A DNA stretch of 51,579 nt from a bacterium (GCA_043803945.1 JAZDJN010000015.1:1-51579), one strand, 5' to 3'. Numbered from the stretch's first letter, positions 38,207 to 47,740 are shown. A program made the numbers and translations. The notes: a model not told the origin generated them from the sequence alone.

Positions 38207-39109
38207 CTATTGATTCCGAGACATAAATAGTTTTTCTAAAATCGTAGCATTGATGTGCAAGATTCTTGTGATGTATTCAAGATTGAATCTAATAGTATCT
38301 GGAGAAGAATTATCAAGATGAGAAGTGATGAATAAAAGAAGATCATTTAATTGTTTAAGAAGGTCAAGCTCTAATTGTATAGAATAGATATAGTTCTGCA
38401 AAGAAGAGTCGGTAATGAAGGCACGTTTACTTTTTTCACTGATAGGTGATATGGTGGAGACCAATCGATCGAATGTAAGCCAGAAGATATCAGCATCTTG
38501 AAAAGTGAGGCAAGGTTTCGCCCTTTGTCTTAATAATTTTCTACACGGTGAAAATGCAAAATAGACTCTATTGGCAAAATGTGGTTTTGTTTTATCTAAG
38601 AGACTAAAAGCGCACTCGAACTTGTTCAAAAAATCAATAATAATATCGGATGAAAACTTGTCGTTAGTTGAAGAATCTCTTTGCTGGAATATTTCTACAA
38701 CTTTATCTATTCCCTCGAAGTTAGCAATCGTGTTGAATTGTGATCGAAAGAAATCTTGGTAGATAAGCCAGATTGTCCGTGTAATGTCGGAAAATCTTAG
38801 AAGGGTTTCATTTTCAATGATTGCGCCATAAGTAAACATGAGGCCAATCCTTTTACTATAATGATCAGGCACACTCGATTTTATAGTATTACAGATTAGT
38901 AACTTCCTTCTAAAAGTGAATGACTGAGCAATTAGTGGACAAGTAATACCATTGCGATCAATGGTATTGTGAATTGCGTTGATTAAATCGTTTGAATACT
39001 CTGAAATCCAGGTAGGCCCCAGAACCATCTTGGCTTCTTCATTTGTCACTGCAGTTGGCAATACAATGAAAGGTGATACAAGTAGTTTTTTGGAATATAT
39101 GGTTGTCAT
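38207..39109 (-). CDS. Hypothetical protein, possible GTPase-associated (GAP1-N/DENN-like) partner
   Basis: Starts 8 bp downstream of the GTPase gene in the same cassette; DHYSKRIGLMFTYGAII loosely resembles DxxGRxGNxFxH. Confidence 0.55.
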   Translation of the reverse strand: MTTIYSKKLLVSPFIVLPTAVTNEEAKMVLGPTWISEYSNDLINAIHNTIDRNGITCPLIAQSFTFRRKLLICNTIKSSVPDHYSKRIGLMFTYGAIIENETLLRFSDITRTIWLIYQDFFRSQFNTIANFEGIDKVVEIFQQRDSSTNDKFSSDIIIDFLNKFECAFSLLDKTKPHFANRVYFAFSPCRKLLRQRAKPCLTFQDADIFWLTFDRLVSTISPISEKSKRAFITDSSLQNYIYSIQLELDLLKQLNDLLLFITSHLDNSSPDTIRFNLEYITRILHINATILEKLFMSRNQ

Positions 39110-39117
39110 TGGTTATT

Positions 39118-40314
39118 TCATTGGAAGAGAGTAATCTTGATCAGGTGATTGATTTCGTCAATATTCCAGTAGCGAAGTGCACTACAGAAAATTAGTTTAT
39201 AGGGAACGTGTTTATTCTCACATTCTGATTTGACTCGTTCGATATGTCTTAGAAAAACCTTTGATAGTTCTTTCTGGCTCTCCAGAGTCTCATTGTCTAA
39301 AGGATCACAATGAGAAGCATAAAGATCAAACTTGCTAATGCATAGAATAACCATCTCGGGCTTAATTCCTCTTCTTGAACTGAGAATGCCGATTGGAAGA
39401 TCGAGAGAACCAAATTGCTGCTCGATAAAGTCTTGGTCATATTTGATTTCATGATTTGAATCTTTAGTAACTCTCCTATCTTCGGTTGTCGAAAGAAGGA
39501 TAATCCAAACAGATTTCTTCGGAGCGACAATGTTGTATAACCATTGAAAGCGTCGCTTATCTTCCATCATAACGTTTACCTGCTCTCCGACATTACCGCC
39601 TGGTGTATCAATATAAATAGGAACCACTACGAAATCACCCATCGGCATTCGTGTAGGCGACGTTTTCCTTTTTGATATTATATTGCTTTCAATCTTCTCT
39701 AGTTCAATGAGACTTATATCGCGATCAACGAGTTTATTCCAAATCCAAGTCTTCCCTGTGGATCGACGTCCTAGAAAGACAAGGTCTAGACGACGACGTT
39801 TTCTCCAAGCTCGTATGAGTTTGATTATTTCTGGAATACCTAATAATGTCACAAGCGCGCCCAAGATAGCTAGAAAGGATTTGAGAAATTCACCCCAATT
39901 AATATCGGGTGGTTCAGGATTACTCTGCTCCGCCCACATCCCCACATGTTGAGCAATTGCATCATTCTGCGCCTTAAGGTATTCAGAAGGGGCAGAATCC
40001 TTGTTTCTTAACTTGGCATATCCTAACGAAAGAAGAGTCAGACGTAAGTCGGGTTCTTTAGACCATAGTAACCGAAGAGGATCCTGTATGCCTAGCTTAT
40101 TCTGCCATAATTCTATATCAGGGAAACTCAGAGTTGATGTGGATCCATAACGATATTCACGTAAGAGTATAGATCCATCCTTAGATATCTTTTCGACCCA
40201 AAAGTACTTCGAATAGGGATCATTTTGGGTTTGAGATTTTGATACAGTCGTATAGAAAAGAAAAAAGAAGATTAATATAGAAATAGACCCGACAACTTCT
40301 GATTTTTGTCTCAT
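39118..40314 (-). CDS. Membrane protein: degenerate SNase-like domain, TM helix, small-GTPase domain
   Basis: LLSLGYAK...YLKAQNDAIAQHVGMW (thermonuclease C-terminus); TM FLAILGALVTLLGI; G1 GRRSTGKT, G3 DTPGG, G4 SKFD, G5 CSA. Confidence 0.75.
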   Translation of the reverse strand: MRQKSEVVGSISILIFFFLFYTTVSKSQTQNDPYSKYFWVEKISKDGSILLREYRYGSTSTLSFPDIELWQNKLGIQDPLRLLWSKEPDLRLTLLSLGYAKLRNKDSAPSEYLKAQNDAIAQHVGMWAEQSNPEPPDINWGEFLKSFLAILGALVTLLGIPEIIKLIRAWRKRRRLDLVFLGRRSTGKTWIWNKLVDRDISLIELEKIESNIISKRKTSPTRMPMGDFVVVPIYIDTPGGNVGEQVNVMMEDKRRFQWLYNIVAPKKSVWIILLSTTEDRRVTKDSNHEIKYDQDFIEQQFGSLDLPIGILSSRRGIKPEMVILCISKFDLYASHCDPLDNETLESQKELSKVFLRHIERVKSECENKHVPYKLIFCSALRYWNIDEINHLIKITLFQ

Positions 40315-40321
40315 ATAATTT

Positions 40322-40444
40322 TCAATTGTTCACTTGTGGTTGGAAGGGCTCAGTTTTGTATAACTTTGTATAGCGACTTTTGAATGATACGGCAATGCCA
40401 CATAACAGTGTGTAAAAACGAATTGTAGATATTCTTTTTAACAT
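40322..40444 (-). CDS. 40-aa leader ORF crossing the putative attI crossover
   Basis: AAGGAGGT 5 nt upstream of the ATG; MLKRISTIRFYTLLCGIAVSFKSRYTKLYKTEPFQPQVNN; stops 7 nt before the next ATG. Confidence 0.5.
   Translation of the reverse strand: MLKRISTIRFYTLLCGIAVSFKSRYTKLYKTEPFQPQVNN
40400..40440 (-). other. Putative attI-like (primary insertion) site
   Basis: GTTATGT R box at 40400-40406 matches the other end of the first cassette, but no attC hairpin lies upstream. Confidence 0.55.
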
Positions 40445-40601
40445 GGAATACCTCCTTCATCGCAATCGCGAATCCTAAGCGTTTCGATTCTTTGGAATTA
40501 TCTTTTTCGTATGCAGGCGTTGCATGAATTGCTCCTTCGGAAGCACAAAAATCCTTCCCTCCGGAATGCCTCAACACGATACATAAGGTATGGCTGGAAG
40601 A

Positions 40602-40630
40602 AATGTAGAGATGTTTGCAGGAAGAGTCAA
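40602..40630 (-). promoter_or_regulatory. Pc-like promoter facing the cassette array
   Basis: TTGACT, 17 bp spacer, TACATT, with an A-rich UP-like tract upstream. Confidence 0.65.
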
Positions 40631-40674
40631 TTTATTTTCTTTTTAGACGGCGTCGAGATTAGTTTCTTATTCTT

Positions 40675-40852
40675 CTGACTCAACCCCCCGCCTGCGTAAA
40701 CAACACTACGGCGGGCCATTATAAAACCGGGGCAGGCCTCAATCCCCCTTCTCTAAGTTTTAGAGAAGGGGGTGTGCCTGCTCGCCGACTTGTCCACCGA
40801 AGTTCGAAGAACGGAGGTGGAAGCGGGAGTATAGGCGAGGGGGATGAGTCAG
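40675..40852. repeat. Composite REP-like palindromic element
   Basis: Outer CTGACTCA-CCCCC/GGGGG-TGAGTCAG, inner CCCCCTTCTCTAA/TTAGAGAAGGGGG, plus nested mini-hairpins. Confidence 0.65.
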
Positions 40853-40975
40853 CCTCACAGCGCTGTCCTAAAGTATGGTGAACAGTCTCATTGGTAGCCG
40901 ATGTTCATCAACCGTAGAAAATCCGCTTTAATGGTATTTTGGACAAGAGTGTAGCATTATCCCGATTTTTCAATC

Positions 40976-42502
40976 CTACGGTTTTGCCTTCTGCCATCCG
41001 GCTTTCATCTGTTCATGAAGCTTCTCTACAAGCATTTTGTTTTCAGGTTTGAAGACGATACTTTCTTTGCACAATGGATCGTTCTTTAAGTCGTACAATT
41101 CTCTTTCCTTCACTTCATTTGTTTTCTGATCTATCCATTCCGTGTACCGATATTGATCGGTTCTCATCGAATATCCCATCATCTTCTTTGGTCTCGGGTA
41201 TTGACTGAATGCAGCTTTTTTCCAGGCCTTCTTTGGATCGTTCATAAGCGGAACCATACTTGTCCCTTCTAAATCGCCGGCGACAGGAAGGCCGCACAAT
41301 TCTGAAAGCGTCGGGTAGATGTCGACAAACTCTGTCAATGCGTCGACTCTTCTTCCTTTCGGGAAATCAGGATCAGAAATAATCATGGGGACGTGTGTAT
41401 CCAACTCGAAGTTTGTATGTTTACTCCATTGTGAATATTCTCCCAGCTTCCATCCATGGTCACCCCAGATGATAACAACCGTGTCCTTTCGTAAATCCAG
41501 CCTATCAAGTTCCGCCAGGATCTTGCCAACCTGGGCATCCATAAAACTTACGCATGCATAATATCCATGAATCAGTTCTCTCGTTTTTGCCTCATCACAA
41601 GGTCCCACATCCGGAATGTCTGAATAGGAACGAAGTTCACCCCACGTAGTAAAGGCAATGTCAGGAGCGTTTTTAGGTTTGTCGGGATATGGCATAGGAA
41701 TCTTGCTGCGATCGTACAAGTCCCAATACTTCTTTGGTGCAATAAAGGGCAAGTGGGGCTTTCGAAATCCAACACCAAGAAAGAATGGCTGCCGGTCCTT
41801 TTCATTTTTCGCGATTGCTTTTGGCGCAAGCCGGTTTAACGATTCGATGGCCATTTTCGTCAGTTTGCCATCCAGATATGCATCATCTGGTACATCGGCA
41901 CTTTCCGTTGCAGGACCTCGGAGCCGTGCACTCTCATCGCCATCGGTCGCTTTCGATGGCTTCCCACCCTCTTTCAGGAGTTTGAGGTTTTCTTCAAGTG
42001 CATATTGAGCACCTTTTGGATTCTTATGCGGTATGCTGTATGATGGCTCGTCTTCTAAGCCGCCGTGAAACAATTTTCCCAGCCCTTCGGAAAAATAGCC
42101 GTTGTTCTTGAAATGTTGCTGAAGTGTGACAACATCAGGCATAGTCGTCCTGATATGTGTTTTCAGGTCGTACACTTTGGTCGTATCCGGCCTCTTCCCG
42201 GTCAGCAAACTTGCACGCGTTGGACCGCACACCGCCTGCTGACAATATGTTCGTTCGAAGAGAACTCCGTTTTTGGCAAGCGCATCGATATTGGGAGACT
42301 TGACCATCGGGTGTCCGTAGCATCCCAGCTCCGGGCGGAGATCATCGACCGCAAGAAAGAGCACATTTTTTCTTCTTGCTGCTATCGATGTAAATTCTGC
42401 TGCAGTATCTCCTAATAATGTTCTTAGTGGAGAGTACCCAATGATTCCACCGGCACCAAGAACTGCTGTCGTAGATAAAAAATCACGCCGGGTCTGGCTC
42501 AT
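40976..42502 (-). CDS. Tat-exported sulfatase (iduronate-2-sulfatase-like)
   Basis: TRRDFL Tat motif, AVDDLRP, CGPTRASLLTG (CxPxR), GKLFH, KPHLPF, GDHGW. Confidence 0.93.
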   Translation of the reverse strand: MSQTRRDFLSTTAVLGAGGIIGYSPLRTLLGDTAAEFTSIAARRKNVLFLAVDDLRPELGCYGHPMVKSPNIDALAKNGVLFERTYCQQAVCGPTRASLLTGKRPDTTKVYDLKTHIRTTMPDVVTLQQHFKNNGYFSEGLGKLFHGGLEDEPSYSIPHKNPKGAQYALEENLKLLKEGGKPSKATDGDESARLRGPATESADVPDDAYLDGKLTKMAIESLNRLAPKAIAKNEKDRQPFFLGVGFRKPHLPFIAPKKYWDLYDRSKIPMPYPDKPKNAPDIAFTTWGELRSYSDIPDVGPCDEAKTRELIHGYYACVSFMDAQVGKILAELDRLDLRKDTVVIIWGDHGWKLGEYSQWSKHTNFELDTHVPMIISDPDFPKGRRVDALTEFVDIYPTLSELCGLPVAGDLEGTSMVPLMNDPKKAWKKAAFSQYPRPKKMMGYSMRTDQYRYTEWIDQKTNEVKERELYDLKNDPLCKESIVFKPENKMLVEKLHEQMKAGWQKAKP

Positions 42503-42646
42503 GATAGCCTCACTCTATTGTTATCGCATAGACTGACTGTCTATTCAATTCTGGCAAATCTTGCATTTACTGAGCATGTACAATTACGTAATGGGTGTCT
42601 CTTTTCTTTCTGAGAGTGACTAAAAAGAAAATATAACACTAACCCG

Positions 42647-42700
42647 AAGGCGTCTCGCCGAGGGGAAAAGCGAAATTATCATGCTCGGCGAGGACGCCTT
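42647..42700. repeat. GC-rich inverted repeat (REP-like hairpin)
   Basis: AAGGCGTC-TCGCCGAG ... CTCGGCGA-G-GACGCCTT. Confidence 0.55.
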
Positions 42701-42847
42701 TGAACTAGAAAATACTTTTGGGTCACTCAAAATTCACTCCTCATACTGACTAAACTTCACGAACCAATTTATACTGCCTTCTACACGTGGAGAAATGAAG
42801 ATTATGTTGAGGTCGTGAAAATCACGCTAAGCAATTACCAAATCTTT

Positions 42848-44601
42848 TTAGTTCTTTTGCATCTCATTGAGAATAAGATATTCTCCTTTAAAATCCTGAT
42901 TCCGTGCTTCAATCACTGCACGTCCACCTTTTGCCGGTTCGAACTCAACCTGGGCCTTACCGTTTGCCATTTCAATAATAGAGCTCCTGGTGGGCGTACC
43001 ATAATTTTCGAGAAGTGTTCCCGGTCCATCCCAGGTAAAATAGATCCGTTTGTTATAGTCAAGACACCGATTGCCATCTTTATCAACGGCAAGAGCCGTA
43101 ACGAGAATATTGCCATTCTGCATTTTTTCTTTTGACAATACGATATGATCTGGAACTGCGTTCTTGCTGAAGCTGTAACGAACCGTTATGGAGTCCACAG
43201 TTGCGTTCTTGTTTCCTTTAAATCCTACTGCTAGGAGTTTGTTCTCCCCTTCGATAAAATTTACCTGCCAGCTTAATCCGCATGCCGGGAAGTTTTTTAT
43301 GTCACGTGTCTTCTTGCCGAGAGTGATCCCATTGAGGAATAATTCAGCTTCCGGACAATTACTAAAAACGTTCACTTCACGTTTGACATTTGCCGGGCCG
43401 CTGCGTTCAGCCCAGGTATGGGATTCAATATAACAGAACAAGGGGTCAGTTGTCCAATAACTCTTGAAGACATAATAGGCATCTTTCGGGTTTCCGGCCC
43501 GGTCTACAAGCCCTTTCTGATTGATGTACGGAATCGGATTCTCAGGCCTCAATGGTGTCGGAAAATCCTTGAATGCCCATTGAGCATTCCCTGTCAGCCA
43601 ATTGAGCTGCTCGGAGATATGCAAACTCCAATCAAAAAGATCAACGATGTAGCTCTCACTCCAGTCGCTGTTTTGAGAGACATTCTTCACCTTCTGAGGT
43701 TTGATATTCTCTTCAAAGCCATCGGAGACCGTCGTAGCATCGCCTGTTACCGGATTTTCACTATGACGTCCGAAGTGACTGTCTCCCCCGTATTCCACGT
43801 GAAGTAAATGAGCATAAGTATTTTTTGCTTCTGTGATTACTTTCTCAAAACCTTTATAGTTGCCGCTGTACCAGCCCGGCCAAATCGAAGGCGAGACCAC
43901 ATCGACAAGATCGGCTCCTTCGGTAAAATTTCTTGTTGCAGTCAACCTGTATGGATCGAGGTCATGAGCTAGCGTGTTTAATTCTTTGATCATGGTACGT
44001 AATGAATCCATCGTATCGCCATTGGGAACATCAGGCAGCCAGTATAATTCATTGCCTAATGAATGAATAATAATGCTCGGATGATTGAAATTCTGGATGA
44101 TTTGTTCTTTCAACAATCTTTTGGTATTCGCTTTCCATGCTTCGCCGCCCATTCCGCCGCGGCACCATGGCAATTCATCCCACACAAGAATACCTAATTA
44201 ATTACATGCACGATAGACTTCCAGCGCCTGAGGATAGTGAGCCAGGCGAACAAAGTTCGCCCCCATTTCTTTGATCATCCTCATATCTTTCCGATGCAGA
44301 CTATCGGGCATCGCATCCGCATATCCTGCATAGTCCTCATGACGATGGGTTCCCCGCAACAGAAGCCGCTCACCGTTGAGGAAAAAAGGACCGTGATCCT
44401 TAAATTCATACCATCGACATCCAAAGCGATCGGCAAGTTCATCGATAACGGTCGCGGACTGTTTGAAGATAACGCGTGTCGTGTACAGTGCGGGGTCCTC
44501 CGGAGACCACAACAGTGGGTTCTTGATAATCGATGCTGGGCCAACAGTGTAGTAATTATGCAACAAGCGGCAATGGCAATTGATGCAAATGGATTCTTCA
44601 T
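42848..44601 (-). pseudogene. GH2 glycoside hydrolase, fragmented
   Basis: Signal peptide at 44601 is joined out of frame to KNPLLWSP; LRGTHRHED, RLAHYPQ; TAA at 44198-44200 in RACN*LGILVWDE; HPSIIIHSLGNE, VEYG, NQKGLV. Confidence 0.85.
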
Positions 44602-44646
44602 TGTCTCACGCAATAAATAGGATCGTTGGCTTCTTTCATTCTACAT

Positions 44647-45936
44647 TTATTTCACCCACAAGTAAGGCTGCTTCAGAGGTACATTTCTTTGCACTTCCGC
44701 ATTAGGGGGATCGGGATCGAGCTTCTTCCACAGGTCGATATACCTCTGTTCATTGAAGGCGAGACCTGCAAACAATAACATCGGCCGCTGCGACGGAAAG
44801 GCATCGAAATGCATCACATCTTTTGCGAACGGCCATTTCGTTTTGTCGGCAAGATAGGGGAACAGGAATTTCATTCCCCTTTGCATATTCCGGCCATCGG
44901 ACAATGTGAACTTCCAGAGATTGTCAACGGGTGTTGAAAGTATCTGACAAATGACAGCAAATCCTTCAAGATTGAAAATCGAGTAATTGTATGGCTTGGT
45001 CCGTTTGAGCTCCAAAGGAAAACTTCCATCAGCCGCCATCTGATATGGCATCAAGACATTCTTAAACTGACTACGGCAATACGATAACTGTGCCGTATCT
45101 GCTACCAGATGTGCGAATCCTGCAACCTGGGCAATCCACCATGTGCCATGATTATTCTTTGCATCACGTTCATCAGTACCATAGTTATGTGTCGTCAACC
45201 AGGAGAGGTATTCTTTGAACCATCTCAGGATCGCCGTTTTCGATTCTTCATCCATTGATTTTGAATCGCAGAGGAATTCCAATGATCGGGCTACTTCCAA
45301 CAAATGAATCGTATCGATAATGCCGGTGCCCCGGCCTGTCACTCTCCCCTTTATCGCCTGAGCGTAGAGTAAATGCGGATTCATTTTCGTTGCAGGATTG
45401 ACAAACCATGCTGTCACATGCTTGACTGCATGCAAAGCATAGGTTTCATCTCCGGTAAGTTTATAGGCAGCGGTCAGACACGAAACGATCTTCGCGAAAT
45501 GGAACATGACTTCCCTGTGCTTTACGAAATTATCGGGATTGGTCATGCCATCCCGCTGGATGTATGGGCCATCCGGATTGTTTGGATCCGGCCACCAATA
45601 GTCTCCTTCTGAAAAGAAATCATGAATTCCACCGGCACTTCGAGGAGAGGAATATGCTGTGATCGTTACAGGTGCCTCTTTCAGAGAGATTGCCGCTGCG
45701 GTCAGTACTCTCTTTCGTTCGATCGATGCTACATCAACCACGACTTGCTTCATCGCTTCTGACTCTTGTGAGCCTTCAAGAAAACAGAAACCATGAAGAA
45801 CTTCCGATACATTACTTTCATAATTCAACAGTGAGTTCGACACTGTGAAAGAATCATACGCCAATGCCTCTGCTGTGCACAAACCCAGCACTCCAAACAC
45901 ACTCAAGACCAGTATTCTCTTTTTCATCTGTTTCAT
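44647..45936 (-). CDS. Alginate-lyase-family polysaccharide lyase, secreted
   Basis: HDFFSEGDYWWPDP, RDGMTNP, MNPHLLYAQ, NNHGTW, ELKRTKPYNYS. Confidence 0.88.
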   Translation of the reverse strand: MKQMKKRILVLSVFGVLGLCTAEALAYDSFTVSNSLLNYESNVSEVLHGFCFLEGSQESEAMKQVVVDVASIERKRVLTAAAISLKEAPVTITAYSSPRSAGGIHDFFSEGDYWWPDPNNPDGPYIQRDGMTNPDNFVKHREVMFHFAKIVSCLTAAYKLTGDETYALHAVKHVTAWFVNPATKMNPHLLYAQAIKGRVTGRGTGIIDTIHLLEVARSLEFLCDSKSMDEESKTAILRWFKEYLSWLTTHNYGTDERDAKNNHGTWWIAQVAGFAHLVADTAQLSYCRSQFKNVLMPYQMAADGSFPLELKRTKPYNYSIFNLEGFAVICQILSTPVDNLWKFTLSDGRNMQRGMKFLFPYLADKTKWPFAKDVMHFDAFPSQRPMLLFAGLAFNEQRYIDLWKKLDPDPPNAEVQRNVPLKQPYLWVK

Positions 45937-45947
45937 ATCAGGTTCCC

Positions 45948-46778
45948 TTATTCCAATGGATGTGAAAAGGTCAACCGCGATGAATTTCCAAGTTGTTTCT
46001 TCAAGACGTCTGCCAAGACAGTATACGATGAATCGTTGAACTGCACGGCGGCAACTTTCAGGATTGGAATCATCCGCTCGTACTCAGCAGGAATAATCTG
46101 TTTCCAGCTCCATTCCTTCTTCCCCAGTGTATAGGGAACGAGAAAATCAATTGCCTTTCTGATACTGACTCCATTTGGAGCTTCAAACGACCACAGATCG
46201 ACGCCCATCCGCTGCCCAAGATTCGCCAGGTCAATCAGTGCCTCGCGATTTAGAAGTGAATAGTTGTAAGACTTTGTTCGTTCGAGTTCGAGCAGCTGTG
46301 ATCCATCCGGTTCAATTTGCACCGCAATCCGTTTCTTCCCTGCTTCACGAACTGCTTCTCTTGCCATTTCGTCCTTACCGATAAAGAGAGCAATTTGGGT
46401 TTCATTCGTGTAGTTGGATTCAAGAACCACGTTTTCAGGAAGTGCACCGCATGGTCTGCAAATTGCTCATCACCAGTAATGTAATAAGCGAGAGACAGTG
46501 TTTAGACCGATGTTATCAGAGTGCGAATTCTTTCCCTGTCACCAATCTTGTAGCGATCGGGATTGATCTGGCCATCGCGACGGAGATACGGTAATCCGTC
46601 TTTCTTGGTTGAATCGGGCCACTAGTACGGCGCAATGCTGAAATAGTCATGCTTATCGCCGCTTGGCGGCAACTGCTGTTTATCGATCACCGAAACAGGT
46701 TTTTCCGTGAGGGCTATTGCAGCTTCTTTCAGAAACACCGAAAGCGCAAATGGAAGTTTGTCCGGATTGTTCCGATAG
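45948..46778 (-). pseudogene. Second alginate-lyase-family gene, inactivated
   Basis: PPSGDKHDYFSIAPY*WPD...RDGQINP; stops at 46622-46624 and 46502-46504; internal deletion/frameshift near 46390-46400; [11 protein letters not shown] retained. Confidence 0.85.
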
Positions 46779-46867
46779 GTGACGCGCACAACAGTACAAT
46801 CTGGTGGCTCTTGCTCACTTCGTTTTTCTTTAAACCAATTATCAAATCCGAGATCTGCTAGTTCCAT
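46779..46867 (-). pseudogene. rsgA: Duplicated 5' fragment of rsgA
   Basis: MELADLGFDNWFKEKRSEQEPPDC; 46796-46871 is identical to 33469-33544. Confidence 0.9.
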
Positions 46868-46886
46868 TTGACGTTTTCAGTGTTGT

Positions 46887-46949
46887 CATTAACCAAACGA
46901 GCCAGCCTGTACGCTGAAGCGCAGGCGGATGTCGCAAGCACTGTTATTT
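46887..46949 (-). repeat. Degenerate attC-like half-site
   Basis: TAACCAAACGAGC as in the 35013 copy, then GTCGCAAGCAC-T-GTTATTT. Confidence 0.55.
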
Positions 46950-47204
46950 GCGACCAGATCAAATTGTGTGGCACCTCGACGCTGAAAAGAAAAGATGTTC
47001 TCTCGGTCGTCAGACTCCGACAGAGTCTGATGGACTCTGTCGATCGGTCAGTGCTGCTTTCAATTGATGATGTCAAAAACCTTTCAGTCATCGCTACGTG
47101 GTAACGATAAAGCTATATACTTTTCTCATGAGGAAATCCATCCCATCACTTTCCTCTACGGTGACCTTTTATAAAGTGTCTGGCTCCGGTGACTTGCGAT
47201 GCGA

Positions 47205-47696
47205 CTATCGTTTCAGTTGATCAATGGCGTTATGATTGCTAACGCCGAAGTACTCAATAATTGTTGGCCTCAGCTCTAGATCGGTATGAACACCTGTGAA
47301 TACTGTCGGTTTCTTTCCTTGAAGGAAGAAAATAAATCCCAGGTCTGAACCGAGTGACTTGCGATCAAAGAAAACCGGGCTTCCACCTTGTTGTATTACT
47401 AAGAAGCGTGTAGCAGTAGTCTCGTAAGATGAGATCTTGAGCGAATCCAAGAAACGTAGAATTCTAGAGGCATACTCGCCATAATCGGCCATGACTTCTT
47501 CCATGTCATCACGATCCTTTTCAGGCAGGGAATCTCGCTCAGCTTGTGCAGGTGCAAAGAGGACGACGGCTTTACCTGAGACTCGTAGTGTGTCCGTCTG
47601 TTGTTGTGACAGAGTTGGCAAGACGATTACCACGATAAAGTTCGTGGAAAGGATAACGTACCGCAATAGCCTGAACATAGATATCAAGGTTTTCAT
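47205..47696 (-). CDS. Secreted hypothetical protein (probable relic cassette gene)
   Basis: AAGGAGG RBS, signal-like N-terminus, attC-like half-site immediately upstream. Confidence 0.65.
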   Translation of the reverse strand: MKTLISMFRLLRYVILSTNFIVVIVLPTLSQQQTDTLRVSGKAVVLFAPAQAERDSLPEKDRDDMEEVMADYGEYASRILRFLDSLKISSYETTATRFLVIQQGGSPVFFDRKSLGSDLGFIFFLQGKKPTVFTGVHTDLELRPTIIEYFGVSNHNAIDQLKR

Positions 47697-47740
47697 AGTC
47701 GAATCCCTCCTTAGCGAATCAGTAAGGCAAAGAAGGATGT

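Larger units (their letters stand above)
32445..40630 (-). mobile_element. Integron-like gene cassette array lacking an integrase (CALIN-like)
   Basis: Unrelated co-oriented genes separated by a family of palindromic repeats bounded by (G/A)C(C/A)TAAC and GTTA(G/T)G(C/T); reversed TA module; attI-like site and promoter at the 5' end. Confidence 0.75.

Noticed and set aside
40350-40577. 75-aa track ORF across the attI-like region
   Set aside because: No good RBS; the strong SD here serves the ATG at 40444 in another frame.
46779-46871. DGR template/variable repeat pair with rsgA
   Set aside because: The differences are not adenine-specific, the repeat is at a gene 5' end, and there is no reverse transcriptase.
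46858-47104. 77/78-aa ORFs on both strands
   Set aside because: No motifs; they run through the repeat remnant.
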